Source of the DNA: an uncultured Candidatus Rokubacteria bacterium
Lineage (GTDB): Bacteria; Methylomirabilota; Methylomirabilia; Rokubacteriales; DASRDR01
Assembly: GCA_963708025.1 (NCBI GenBank)
Contig: CAVPSB010000014.1
Location: 448,001 to 512,000 of the forward strand
DNA length: 64,000 nucleotides
Direction: 5' to 3'
Each line of letters opens with the position of its first letter. The first letter of the stretch is position 1. The notes under the pieces were generated by a model that saw nothing but the letters and a program-made list of their open reading frames with translations, had not been told where the DNA came from and made no database searches. Below, piece by piece: positions 28,773 through 38,826 of this stretch. Made by a program: the position numbers and the translations under genes.

Positions 28773-30233
28773 ATGGAACAGGACGCGGCGCTCCAGCTCA
28801 CGGTCCAGCGGCTCAGCCGACTGATTCGGCAACGGCGTGCCGTGTTCTACGGCCTCCGGGGGCTCGCGTTCGGCCTGGTGCTGGCGGTTCTCCCGGTGCT
28901 GATCCGGTCGGTCCTGGGTCCCATCGCCTTGCCCGTGGCCGGGGGCGTCGTCCTGGTCGGCGTGCTGGCCGGGCTGGGCTACGGCCTGCTCCTGCGAGTG
29001 CCGGCCGCCGACGTCGCCCGTCTCGCCGACCGGACGTACGGGCTGCACGATCGGCTGGCCACCGCGCTGGAGCTGGTCCGATCGCGGGACCCGAATCCCC
29101 TGGCGGCCTTCGTCATCCGCGACGCGCGCGACCGGGTCGCCGGGCTGGACCTGCGCCGGGCGGTGCCCTGGCGGTGGCCGCGGGAAGCGCGCTTCATCCC
29201 CATCCCGGTGCTCGTCCTGGCCGGCCTTCCCTACCTCCCGCCACTCCCCCTTCCGGAGGAGTTCATGCCGCCGCTGCAGCGGGCGGAGGAAAAGGAGGCG
29301 AAGGAGGAGAAGAGCGGCGCCCCCCAGGCCGCCGAGCGCCCGGTCAGCAAGAAGACCGAGCAGGCTCAGCGCGTCGAGATGCAGGAGCGGGAGTACCAGC
29401 AGCGGCCGAATCCGGCGGCGGAGCCGGCCAAGGGGGATCTGGCCGCGGTGTACAAGGACACCAGCGTGTCCCAGAAGCGCCCGGACTTCTCGAGCTTCCT
29501 CAAGCAGGGCGACGAGCGGCTCCGGATGCTGGAGCGCACGGACAGCCTCCCCGACCTCCAGCGCGACTTCACCCAGACCCCGTACAAGGTCATGTTCCGC
29601 AAGCAGCGGAGCCTGCTGTCGGGGATGGACCCCAGCAAGCTCTCGAAGGAGCGCATGCGGGAGCTGCTCGACGAGATGAACCGCATGGGTCGCCGCGGGC
29701 AGCCGGGCGGCGAAGGCGACTTCGGCCAGGAGCTCATGGAGGGCTCGGAGGCGCTCGAGCAGGGGCAGATGGGCCGGGCCCTGGACGCCATGGAGCGCGC
29801 GCTGAACAAGATGCGGGCCATGGAGGACCGGGAGCGCGGCGGGAAGGGCCTGGAGGGCGGCAGGGACCGCGGGAACCAGGGCCGCGACGGCCGGGGTGGC
29901 CAGGGCGGCGGCGAGAACGACCCGGACTTCGGCGAGGGCATGGGGTCGATGCCCGGCAAGGGCCAGAACCCGAACTGGCGGGGCGACCCCAGCGGGCGCC
30001 TGGGTCAGAGCCCCATCGACATGGGCGTGGAAGGGCAGTCGCGCAAGGGACGGAAGGAATCGTACGATACGAACATGATGGGCCGGGGGGCCCAGAATCC
30101 CTCCCGCCTGCCGTACATGCGCGTCTATTCGCAGTACCGGAAGATGATGGAGGACGCGCTCGCCAAGGAAAACATCCCGCTCGATTACCGCACCCAGGTG
30201 AAGGACTACTTCCAGTCGCTCGAGGAGCGGTGA
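28773..30233 (+). CDS. Membrane-anchored coiled-coil/Gly-rich protein of MoxR-VWA operons
   Basis: N-terminal TMs, DRLATALE motif, C-terminal IPLDYRTQVKDYFQSL. Confidence 0.75.
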   Translation: MEQDAALQLTVQRLSRLIRQRRAVFYGLRGLAFGLVLAVLPVLIRSVLGPIALPVAGGVVLVGVLAGLGYGLLLRVPAADVARLADRTYGLHDRLATALELVRSRDPNPLAAFVIRDARDRVAGLDLRRAVPWRWPREARFIPIPVLVLAGLPYLPPLPLPEEFMPPLQRAEEKEAKEEKSGAPQAAERPVSKKTEQAQRVEMQEREYQQRPNPAAEPAKGDLAAVYKDTSVSQKRPDFSSFLKQGDERLRMLERTDSLPDLQRDFTQTPYKVMFRKQRSLLSGMDPSKLSKERMRELLDEMNRMGRRGQPGGEGDFGQELMEGSEALEQGQMGRALDAMERALNKMRAMEDRERGGKGLEGGRDRGNQGRDGRGGQGGGENDPDFGEGMGSMPGKGQNPNWRGDPSGRLGQSPIDMGVEGQSRKGRKESYDTNMMGRGAQNPSRLPYMRVYSQYRKMMEDALAKENIPLDYRTQVKDYFQSLEER

Positions 30234-31168
30234 TGCGACGGTCCGCCGACGCGTCGGGCAGCGGGGGCCCGTCGGGCGCGACCGCTCCCGGCGCGGTGCG
30301 GTTCTTCTCGAGCGCCTTCCTCCTCCAGCTCGAGCGGCTGTCGTTCATCTCCCGGCGGACCCACGTCGGTCGCGTCAAGGGCGAGCGGAAGAGCCCGCGC
30401 CGGGGCTCCAGCGTCGAGTTCGCCGACTACCGGCCGTACGAGGTCGGGGACGACCTCCGCTACGTGGACTGGAACGCTTTCGGCCGGCTCAATCGGCTCT
30501 ACCTGAAGGTGTTCATGGACGAAGAGGACCTCTGTGTCCACCTCATCCTGGACGGCAGCGCCTCGATGGACGTCGGGACGCCCGCCAAGTTCCGTTACGG
30601 CGTCCGGCTGGCGGCGGCGCTGGCGTTCGTGGGCTTCACGAACCTGGAGCGGGTCGGGGTGGCGGTCTTCCGGGATCGGGTTTCGGAGGGCTGGCTGCCG
30701 ACTCGAGGCCGGAACCAGTTCCTGCCGGTGTCCGAGTTCCTGGGCGGGCTGGTGCCGGCCGGACCCACGCGCTTCAACGACGCGCTGGCCCAGTACGCCC
30801 TCCGGGCCAAGGACGCGGGAGTGGCGATCGTCGTTTCCGACTTCCTGGATCCCGCGGGCTACCAGAGCGGGCTCCGCGCGCTGATGGAACGGCGCTTCGA
30901 CATCCACGTCATTCACGTGCTGGCCCCGGAGGAGCTCGAGCCTCCTTTCGGCGGTGATCTCGAGCTGGTCGACGCGGAGTCCGGCGAGGTGCGCGAGGTC
31001 TCGGTGGACGCCGAGACGCTGAGGACGTACCAGCGGCAGCTGGCGGCCTTCCTGGCGGGGGTCGAGGGGTTCTGTCGCGCGAACGAGATCAACTATGTGC
31101 GGGTGTCGACGGACACGGGGCTGGAAGACCTGCTCCTCCGCCGACTCAAGGGGACGCTCCTGCAGTGA
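30233..31168 (+). CDS. DUF58 family protein
   Basis: GSSVEFADYRPYEVGDDLRYVDW; DGSASM; SDFL. Confidence 0.9.
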   Translation: MRRSADASGSGGPSGATAPGAVRFFSSAFLLQLERLSFISRRTHVGRVKGERKSPRRGSSVEFADYRPYEVGDDLRYVDWNAFGRLNRLYLKVFMDEEDLCVHLILDGSASMDVGTPAKFRYGVRLAAALAFVGFTNLERVGVAVFRDRVSEGWLPTRGRNQFLPVSEFLGGLVPAGPTRFNDALAQYALRAKDAGVAIVVSDFLDPAGYQSGLRALMERRFDIHVIHVLAPEELEPPFGGDLELVDAESGEVREVSVDAETLRTYQRQLAAFLAGVEGFCRANEINYVRVSTDTGLEDLLLRRLKGTLLQ

Positions 31169-34100
31169 CCTTCTTATCGCCGCTCGCGTTCCTGCTGCTC
31201 GGCCTGTCCGTTCCCCTGCTGCTGCTCTACTTCCTGAAGGTCCGCCGCCAGCAGCGACGGGTCTCCGCCGTGTTCCTGTGGGCGCCCGCGCACCGCGATC
31301 AGCAGGCCTCGGCCCTGTTCCAGCGGCTCCAGCTCGATCCGCTCCTGCTCCTGCAGATCCTCGCGCTGATCCTGCTCTCGCTGGCCCTGGCTCGGCCGAC
31401 GATCACGCTGCAGGGGAAGGGGACCGACCGGCTGGTGCTGGTGATGGACGTCTCCGCCTCGATGAAGGCCACCGATGTGCTGCCGACCCGCTTCGCCGAA
31501 GCCCAGCGGGCGGCGCTCTCGCTCATCGCCGAGGCCGGACGGGGCGCCGAGGTCATGGTCGTCGAGGCGGGGACCCACCCCGTCATCCGGGTCCCCTTCA
31601 CCCGCGACGTCGAGCGCGCGCGCCGGGCCGTCTACGAGATGCAGGCCCGTGACCTGCCCAACCACCTGAGCGAGGCGGTCCGCACGGCGCTGACCATGGT
31701 GCCCCCGCTCGACCGGCGAGTCCGGATCCAGGTGGTGACCGACGGGGCGTTCGACCCGGCGCAGGTCCGCGAGTTCCCCGATCCCCGCGTCCGCTGGGTC
31801 AGTGTCGGCTCGGGCGGGCGGAACGTCGGGATCACGCAGTTCGCGCTGCGGAAGAGCTACTACGGGATCTACGACCACCAGGCCTTCCTGTCGGTCGCCA
31901 ACTTCTCCGCCGAGCGGCTGACGTTCCCGCTGGTGGTGTCCATCGACGGCAAGACGGTCAGCGAGCAGACGATCGGCCTCGACCCGCAGGTCAAGCGGAA
32001 CGTGATCGTCCCCTTCACCCACCAGGGGGGCGGGCAGGTCCGGATCGAGGCCCAGGTCAGGGACGACCTGGAGGCCGACAACGTCGTCTACGGCATCATG
32101 CCGGCCCCGCGCAAGCTCAAGGTGCTGCTGGTCAGCCCGGGCAACCTGTTCCTGGAAAAAGCGCTCAAGTCCGACCCCCAGGTCGTGCTCGAGACGAAGG
32201 CGCCGAGCGAGTACGCGGGCGGCATGGGGGCGTACGACGTGGTCGTGCTGGACAGCGTCTCGCCGCCGAAGGTCGGGCCCGGCCGGTTCGTGCTGATCAA
32301 CGCGGTGCCCGGCGACGTGCCGATCGAGCCGCTCGGCACCATGGAGCAGCCGGTCATCCTCGACTGGGACCGCTCGCACCCGATCATGCGGTTCGTGGAC
32401 CTCTCGAAGATCGGGGTCGAGGAGGCGCTGCGGGTCCGGCCGGTCTCGGCGGGCCGTACGCTCCTGGAGTCGGTCGGCGGCCCCCTCATCTACCTCATCG
32501 AGGAGCAGCAGCGGAAGGCGGTCTTCGTCGGCTTCGACCTCTTCAAGACCGATCTGCCGCTCCGGGTGGCCTTCCCGCTCATCCTGTCGAACAGCCTCCG
32601 CTGGCTCCAGCCGGTGGGGCTGGAAGACTCCGACCTGGTGGTCACGGCCGGCGACCCCTTCCTCGTCACCGTGGAGCACGGGATCGCCGAGGCGACGGTC
32701 CGGGATCCCGAGGGCGGGTCCCGGAAGGCGGAGATCACCCGGGGCGCCCTGTCCTTCGCGCAGACCGACCGGGTCGGGGTGTACACGCTGGTGACCGGTG
32801 CGCGGGAGACGCCGTTCGCGGTCAACCTCCTGGCGGCGGCCGAATCCAACATCCAACCGCAGCCGCTGCCGGTGGGGCCCCCGCCCGCCGAGGGCGCCGG
32901 GGCCGACTCCTACACCTACCAGCGGGAGCTCTGGCCGCCGCTCCTGATCCTGGCGCTCATCACGCTCCTGCTGGAGGGGTTCCTCTACTGGCGCCGGCAG
33001 ACCGCCGGCCGGCGGACGTGGCCGCCTCGCCGGGTGGATCGCTGGGCCCTCGGCGCCCGCGCCGCCAGCGTGGCGGTGCTGCTGTGGGCGCTGACCCAGC
33101 CCCAGCTTTCCCGCTGGGTCGACCGGCAGAACGTGTTCTTCCTCCTCGACATGTCGGATAGCGTGAGCCTGGCCGCCCGCGAGACCGGGTACCGCTACGC
33201 GGCAGGGGCGCTGGAGGGGATGAAGGAGGACGATCGGGCGGGTCTCATCGTCTTCGCTCGGGATCCGCAGCTCGCCGAGCCGCTCCGTCCCAAGGCGGCG
33301 CTCGGGCGGCCGCAGCCTCCCGCCGCCACCGGCGCGACGAACCTGGAGCGCGCGGTCCAGCTCGCGCTCGCCTCGTTCCCGGCCGGGGAGGCGAACCGGA
33401 TCGTCCTGCTCTCCGACGGCCGCGAGAACGCGGGCAAGGTGCTCGGCGCCGCCCAGGCCGCCAAGGATGCCGGGGTCCCCATCTACTATTCGCCGCTCAA
33501 CCTCACGTTCCCGCAGGAGATCGTGGTCGAGCAGCTCCTGCTCCCGACCGAGGTCAAGTTCGGCGAGCCGTTCTACGCCAAGGTGGTGGTCAACTCCGTC
33601 AAGGAGACCGCCGGGCGGCTGTCTCTCTACCGGAACGGTGAGTTCCTCGGCTCCCAGGTGATCCGGCTGACCGCCGGCAAGAACGTCCTCACCTATCGCC
33701 AGGCCCTCGAGAACGCCGGCGTCCACGTCTACCAGGCCCTGGTCGAGGTGGAGGGCGACGTGATCGAGGAGAACAACCGGGCCATCGGGCTCACGGTCGT
33801 CCGTGGGCGGCCCCAGGTGCTCCTCGTCGACAAGGAGCCGGCCCAGGCCCAGAACCTGGCGTCGGCGCTCCGGTCCCAGCACATCGAGGTCAAGGTGGTG
33901 GGGCCGGAAGGGCTGCCGACCGCGATGCCCGACCTCGAGAAGTACGACGGGCTCATCCTGTCCAACGTGTCCTCGCTGAAGATGACGAAGAACCAGATGG
34001 TCCTGGTCCGCGACTACGTCCGCGACCAGGGCGGCGGGCTGGTCATGATCGGCGGCGAGGAGGCGTTCGGACTCGGCGGGCTCTACCGGACCCCCCTCGA

Positions 34101-35548
34101 AGAGGCCCTGCCGGTCACCATGGAGGTCAAGCAGAAGATCGAGATCCCGAGCCTGGCGGTCATGCTCGTGATCGACCGGTCCGGCTCCATGGCGATGGGC
34201 ATGAAGGACAACGACAAGATCAACAAGCTCGAGGTCGCCAAGGAAGCGGCCCATCTGGTCGTCGATCTGCTCGACGAGCGGAACGAGGTCGGGATCCTCT
34301 CCTTCGACACCGAGTTCGTGTGGCACGTGCCGATCACGACGGCCAAGGACAAGCGGGCGATCCACCGCGAGATCTCGGCGATCAAGGCGGGGGGCGGGAC
34401 CGACGGCTACCCGGCCGTGCGGGAGGCCTACAAGGCGCTCTACGAGCGGGACGCCCTGCTCAAGCACGTGATCTTCCTCTCCGACGGCCAGATGACCCGC
34501 GGCGATTTCACCTCGCTGATCCGCCGGATGGTGAAGGACAAGATCACGGTCTCCGGGGTGGCCATCGGGTCCGACGCCGACCTCCAGCTCATGATGGACG
34601 TGTCGAAGTGGGGCCGGGGCCGGTTCTACTTCACGGAGGAGACCGCGACGGTCCCGCGCATCTTCACCCTGGAGACCCAGCTGGCGTCCAAGGCCTCGCT
34701 GATCGAGCAGCCGTTCCGTCCGATCGTGACCAACCAGTACCACGAGGCCATCCAGGACATCGAGTGGGCGAAATCGCCGCCCCTGGGCGGCTACGTCGCA
34801 ACGACGATCAAGCCGACCGCCGAGCAGCTCCTGATGACGCACCAGGAGGATCCCCTCATGGCCGCCTGGCGTTACGGGCTCGGCCGGTCGGTGGCCTTCA
34901 CCGCCGACGCCAAGGCCAAGTGGGGGATCCTGTGGCTCCGCTGGCGCGACTTCAACAAGTTCTGGTCGCAAACGGTCCGCTGGACGCTGCGGGCCGGCAC
35001 CCGGAGCGATACCACCGCCACCGTCGAGCGCCGCGACGGTCAGGGGGTCGTGACGGTCGAGGCGATCGACCCCAAGGGCGAGTTCATCAATTTTCTCGAC
35101 AGCCAGCTCGGCGTCGTCAACCCGGACAAGAGCCAGGGAGTGGTCGAGCTGGAGCAGGTGGCGCCGGGCCGGTACCGGGGCGCCTTCCCGACGCGCGGTG
35201 AGGGTGTCTACCTGGCCGGGTTGTCGCAGCGGAAGGACGGCCAGCTGATCGGCTCCCAGATCGTGGGCACGGTCGTCCCGTACGCGCAGGAGTACCGCGA
35301 GCTGGGCCCCAACGAGGTGCGTGCTCCGGGAGATCAGCGAGCTGACGGGCGGCGGGGTGCTGAGCGAGGCCAAGGAGTCGTTCACGACCAACCGGCGGCG
35401 CTCCCGCATCCCCACCGACCTCTGGCCGTGGCTGGTGGGGCTGGTCGCCGTCGTCCTGGTCCCCGAGATCGCCGTCCGGCGGATCGGTCCGGCCATCGGC
35501 CGGTGGGGACGGCGGATCAAAGGAAGAGGGGAGGTCGCCGATGCGTAG
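31165..35548 (+). CDS. Large BatA + triple VWA + glutamine-amidotransferase-like membrane protein, apparent frameshift near 35320
   Basis: BatA N-terminus (PLLLLYFLK); MIDAS motifs DVSAS, DMSDS, DRSGS; GGGLVMIGG..F and WRYGLGRSVAF; natural C-terminal TM lies in frame 35321-35548. Confidence 0.85.
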
Positions 35549-36920
35549 AGGAGTGAGCGTCGCGCTCCGGCTGACTCTCACCGTGTGGGCCGCGACCGTG
35601 GTTGCCGGGCTTCCGGGTTCGGAACCCGCCGCCGCGACGAAGCCCCGCCCGGTGCTGATCCTGCCGTATCAGAACGTCACCCCGGGTGGCGCCGACGGCT
35701 GGTTCGGCGAGGGGATCGCGGAGACGCTCGGCCTCGCCGCCCGGACGCTCGCGTCGCTCTCCCCCATCGAGGCGAGCCGGGTGGCCCAGGCGGCCCGCAC
35801 CGGTGGCCTCGACCTCGACACCACGCCGCCGGACAAGGCGGCGGTGGCGCTGGCCCGGGCCCTCCGGGCGGAGGTGGTCTTCTACGGCGAGTACCAGCGG
35901 ACGGCCGACGGCGGGGTGTCCATCGTGCCGCGACTCCTGGACGTCGGGGGCAAGCCCGAGACGCAGACGCTCGAAGCGCTGGTCGGCGCGGCGGACCGCG
36001 TGGTCGAGGTCCAGGCCGACATCGTGTCGATCTACGCCAAAGCGCTCAAGCTCGGCCTCAAGCCGGACGAGCTGGCCCGGGCGGTCGCCGCCGCCAAGCC
36101 CACGACGAACCTCACCGCGTTCGAAGCGTACGCGAAAGGGCGTCGCTCCTACGTCAAGGGCGGCCAGGACGGGTACGAAGGGGCCGCCGAGCTGTTCGCC
36201 CGGGCCGTCGAGATCGATCCCACTTTCGCGGTTGCCCACTACCAGCTCGGGCTCGCCCATCTGGCGCTGGGCAACCGGTGGAAGGGCGCCGCCCAGTTCC
36301 GGGCGGCCACGCAGGTTGACCCGACCCTCCCCGAGCCCCTCAAGGCGCTCGGCGACCTGTTCATGCTCAGCCCCCGCCGCCTCTACGATCAGGCCATCGA
36401 ATCGTACCAGAAGGCGCTGACCCTCCGCCCGCACTACGCCGAGGCGCAGGTCGGCCTGGGGGACGCCAAGGCGGCCAAGGGCGACAACGAGGGCGCGATC
36501 GGCCACTACCAGAAGGCCCTCGGCCTGGATCCCCTGAACGCGCGGGTGCACTTCAGCCTGGCCAAGATCTACTACGGGGAGAAGGGCCTGTACTACGAGG
36601 CCGTGGGTGCCTACAAGAAGGCCATCGAGCTCGATCCATTCTTCCTGGACGCCCGCATGGGGCTGGGTGAGATCTACGAGGAGAAGGGCCTCTACAAGGA
36701 CGCGATCGCGGAGTACAAGAGGGTGGTGGAGGCCGAGCCCAAGCACACCGGGGCGCACTACAACCTGGCCCTGGCGTACGAGAAAGTGGACGTGAAGGAA
36801 GCGGTCGCCCAGTGGGAGCGCTACATCGCGCTCGCCTCCCAGATCCCGACCGAGAAGGAGTGGGTCGACGTGGCCCGCCAGCATCTCAAGAAGCTGCGGG
36901 ACAAGGAGAAGGCCCAGTAA
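35541..36920 (+). CDS. Exported TPR-repeat protein with N-terminal TolB-N/FlgO-like domain
   Basis: VLILPYQN..GEGIAE; repeated TPRs (AIESYQKAL, AHYNLALAY). Confidence 0.85.
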   Translation: MRRGVSVALRLTLTVWAATVVAGLPGSEPAAATKPRPVLILPYQNVTPGGADGWFGEGIAETLGLAARTLASLSPIEASRVAQAARTGGLDLDTTPPDKAAVALARALRAEVVFYGEYQRTADGGVSIVPRLLDVGGKPETQTLEALVGAADRVVEVQADIVSIYAKALKLGLKPDELARAVAAAKPTTNLTAFEAYAKGRRSYVKGGQDGYEGAAELFARAVEIDPTFAVAHYQLGLAHLALGNRWKGAAQFRAATQVDPTLPEPLKALGDLFMLSPRRLYDQAIESYQKALTLRPHYAEAQVGLGDAKAAKGDNEGAIGHYQKALGLDPLNARVHFSLAKIYYGEKGLYYEAVGAYKKAIELDPFFLDARMGLGEIYEEKGLYKDAIAEYKRVVEAEPKHTGAHYNLALAYEKVDVKEAVAQWERYIALASQIPTEKEWVDVARQHLKKLRDKEKAQ

Positions 36921-36972
36921 GGAGCGGCCGGAACAGCCGGAGCGCCGCCGGGGCCGGAGGGCCCCGCCGGCG

Positions 36973-37222
36973 CTACGGGTTGGGTAGCTCGAGCAATCCG
37001 ACCAGGCGCGCGCGGTCGAACCCCACGACGACTTCTTCCCCGACCACGATCACCGGGACGGCCATCTGACCGGTCCGCCTGATCAGCTCCTCCCGGCCCT
37101 CGACGTCCGTGCGTGACGTCGATGTCGGTGAACGCGACCCCCTTGGACGAAAGAAACTCTTTCGCCGCTTTGCAGGGGCGTCAGGTGGGGGAACTATAGA
37201 CTGTGACAGGCTTTTCAGTCAC
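36973..37222 (-). CDS. Selenocysteine (UxxC) glutaredoxin/NrdH-like redoxin, ~82 aa, one apparent extra base near 37111
   Basis: GTG 37222: MTEKPVTVYSSPT-TGA(37183-37181)-RPCKAAKEFLSSKGVAFTDIDVT / TDVEGREELIRRTGQMAVPVIVVGEEVVVGFDRARL..NP*. Glutaredoxin motifs (cis-Pro VP, VGFD) continue after the TGA. Confidence 0.85.
37136..37183 (-). promoter_or_regulatory. Bacterial SECIS element
   Basis: mRNA UGA-CGCCCCUGCAAAGCG-GCGAAAG[AGUUU]CUUUCGU-CCAAGGGGGUC; loop 22 nt after UGA with G at loop position 2; lower stem GAC/CCCC with GGGG/GUC. Confidence 0.75.
37146..37221. repeat. Left att site: 76-bp perfect direct repeat
   Basis: Identical to 62685-62760. Confidence 0.95.
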
Positions 37223-38538
37223 GTGGCGTCCTCCGATATCGGGTCACCATTGGCTGGTTGTTGCGGATTTGTTGCGGATTGTACCGGCCTTGGCGCTCCG
37301 TCGTCGAGCCGATTCACGATCACCCGGCGCCGGGTGGGGACCAGGTGTCCATAGTAGTCCACGGTAATTTTGATGCTCGAATGGCCCAGTTGTTTGCTGA
37401 CATAGTGCAGGATGGCCTCGCCGTCCTGTCCGTGGTCCACCGCCTCAGCGATGAGTCGTGTCGCGTAAGTATGCCTCAACCCGTGCGGTTTCCGGTATCG
37501 AACACGGGCCCGCGACAGGAGTCGCCGCCAGATGTTCGAGAACGTCGTGTGGCCGATGGGTTCTTCGGCTCGGTACCACCCCGAGAGGCGGCGGTGGGCC
37601 TGAACCCGGAAATCTCGTCCTGACGGCGTACGTTTCTCGTGGGCTGTCACCCGGCTCTCGGATGGGGGCGGGAACAACCACGGGCCCGCGGGCCCCTCGC
37701 GCTGACGGATCGCCAGGTAGGCCTCCATGTCCGCGACGAGCTGATCGCTCATGTCCACCCGGCGCACCTGGTGGCTCTTCGGGGCGTTGAATCGAGCGGA
37801 GCCGTGCTTGCGCCCACGCCGGCCCTCCGTCCGGCGCACCCACAGCTGACGCACCGCGAGGTCGACGTCTGCGACCTGGAGGCATCGGCCCTCGCCAGGG
37901 CGAAGGCCGGTCCGGGCAAGCGTCAGTACGAGCACGTAGATCTCGCGTGGGAACTCCGCCCGTGCCACGTCTATGAGCTGGCGCAGCTCCTCCGCGGTGA
38001 ACACGGAGAGCCCCACCTCGCGCCGGCGTTCCACATGGCTCGCAAGGAGGAACCGTCCAGCCCGGGCGGCCGGGTTCGCCTGGAGCAGCCCATCCTCCAT
38101 CGCACTGTTCAGACACGAACGCAGGACGCTCAGGCGGAGTGCACGCGTTTTCGATCTGGTACCACTCTGGCGCATGGCGTCCAAGGCCGTCAGAATCTCC
38201 TCGCGACGGATGGCCGTCAACCTGCGGGAGCCGAGCAGCGGTAGCCAGTGCTTCCGAACGATCCGCTGATAGAGATCGGCAGATCCGATCGCGAGATCCT
38301 CCCGCCGGGCAAGCCACGTTTCGGCGTATCCGGCCAGGGTGACGTCGGAGCCTCTCCTCGCTTCGAGGATTCCGAGATCGTCGAGTGAGAGTCGACGCTC
38401 GAGCTCGGCCGCCGCCAGGTACGCCGCCTTGCGCCCGCCCCGGCCGCGCAGTCGGGTCGAGATACTCTTGCGTTGCCCCTTGTGGTCGACCACGAGATAC
38501 CACATCCCGTTCTTGCGGAGCCGCGGCTTGACGCCCAT
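37219..38538 (-). CDS. int: Tyrosine recombinase/integrase
   Basis: Catalytic set appears intact: TGLR, PKS, HGLRH, LGH, YY; N-terminal arm-binding and SAM-like regions. Confidence 0.95.
   Translation of the reverse strand: MGVKPRLRKNGMWYLVVDHKGQRKSISTRLRGRGGRKAAYLAAAELERRLSLDDLGILEARRGSDVTLAGYAETWLARREDLAIGSADLYQRIVRKHWLPLLGSRRLTAIRREEILTALDAMRQSGTRSKTRALRLSVLRSCLNSAMEDGLLQANPAARAGRFLLASHVERRREVGLSVFTAEELRQLIDVARAEFPREIYVLVLTLARTGLRPGEGRCLQVADVDLAVRQLWVRRTEGRRGRKHGSARFNAPKSHQVRRVDMSDQLVADMEAYLAIRQREGPAGPWLFPPPSESRVTAHEKRTPSGRDFRVQAHRRLSGWYRAEEPIGHTTFSNIWRRLLSRARVRYRKPHGLRHTYATRLIAEAVDHGQDGEAILHYVSKQLGHSSIKITVDYYGHLVPTRRRVIVNRLDDGAPRPVQSATNPQQPANGDPISEDAT
37259..37280. promoter_or_regulatory. 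Putative integrase arm-type sites (left)
   Basis: TGTTGCGGATT x2 in tandem; same motif at 62599-62616. Confidence 0.7.
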
Positions 38539-38556
38539 CGTGTGCTCGATCTCGGC

Positions 38557-38826
38557 CTACCGTCCGAGAAACTCGCGCAGCACCGGCGCCACCAGTCGCT
38601 CGACGTCGGATCGACCCTGATTGCGGTACCGGGCTATCCATTCATCGAAATCCGAGCGACGGACCAGGATCTTTCCCTCGACGCGGTAGCACGGGAGCGG
38701 ATGGACTGAGTGGACGAGCCGGTCGCGTAGCCACCGGATCGAGCAGCCCGAGTACGTGGCCAGCGCCCGCAGCGACAGGTAGGGATCCAGCCGCGTCGAC
38801 AGCTCGAGGTTGTCGACCACGACCAA
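38557..38826 (-). CDS. Excisionase-like HTH protein (recombination directionality factor)
   Basis: YLSLRALATYSG..LPCYRVEGKILVRRSDFDEWI; immediately upstream of the integrase. Confidence 0.8.
   Translation of the reverse strand: MVVVDNLELSTRLDPYLSLRALATYSGCSIRWLRDRLVHSVHPLPCYRVEGKILVRRSDFDEWIARYRNQGRSDVERLVAPVLREFLGR

Noticed and set aside
37219-37221. Sec read-through of the integrase TGA using the downstream SECIS
   Set aside because: The SECIS loop is ~60 nt from this TGA, beyond the usual spacing, and the glutaredoxin is in a different frame.
37146-37221. tRNA or tmRNA gene as the att site
   Set aside because: The 76-bp length is tRNA-like, but there is no cloverleaf, T-loop or CCA, and it translates as a glutaredoxin N-terminus.
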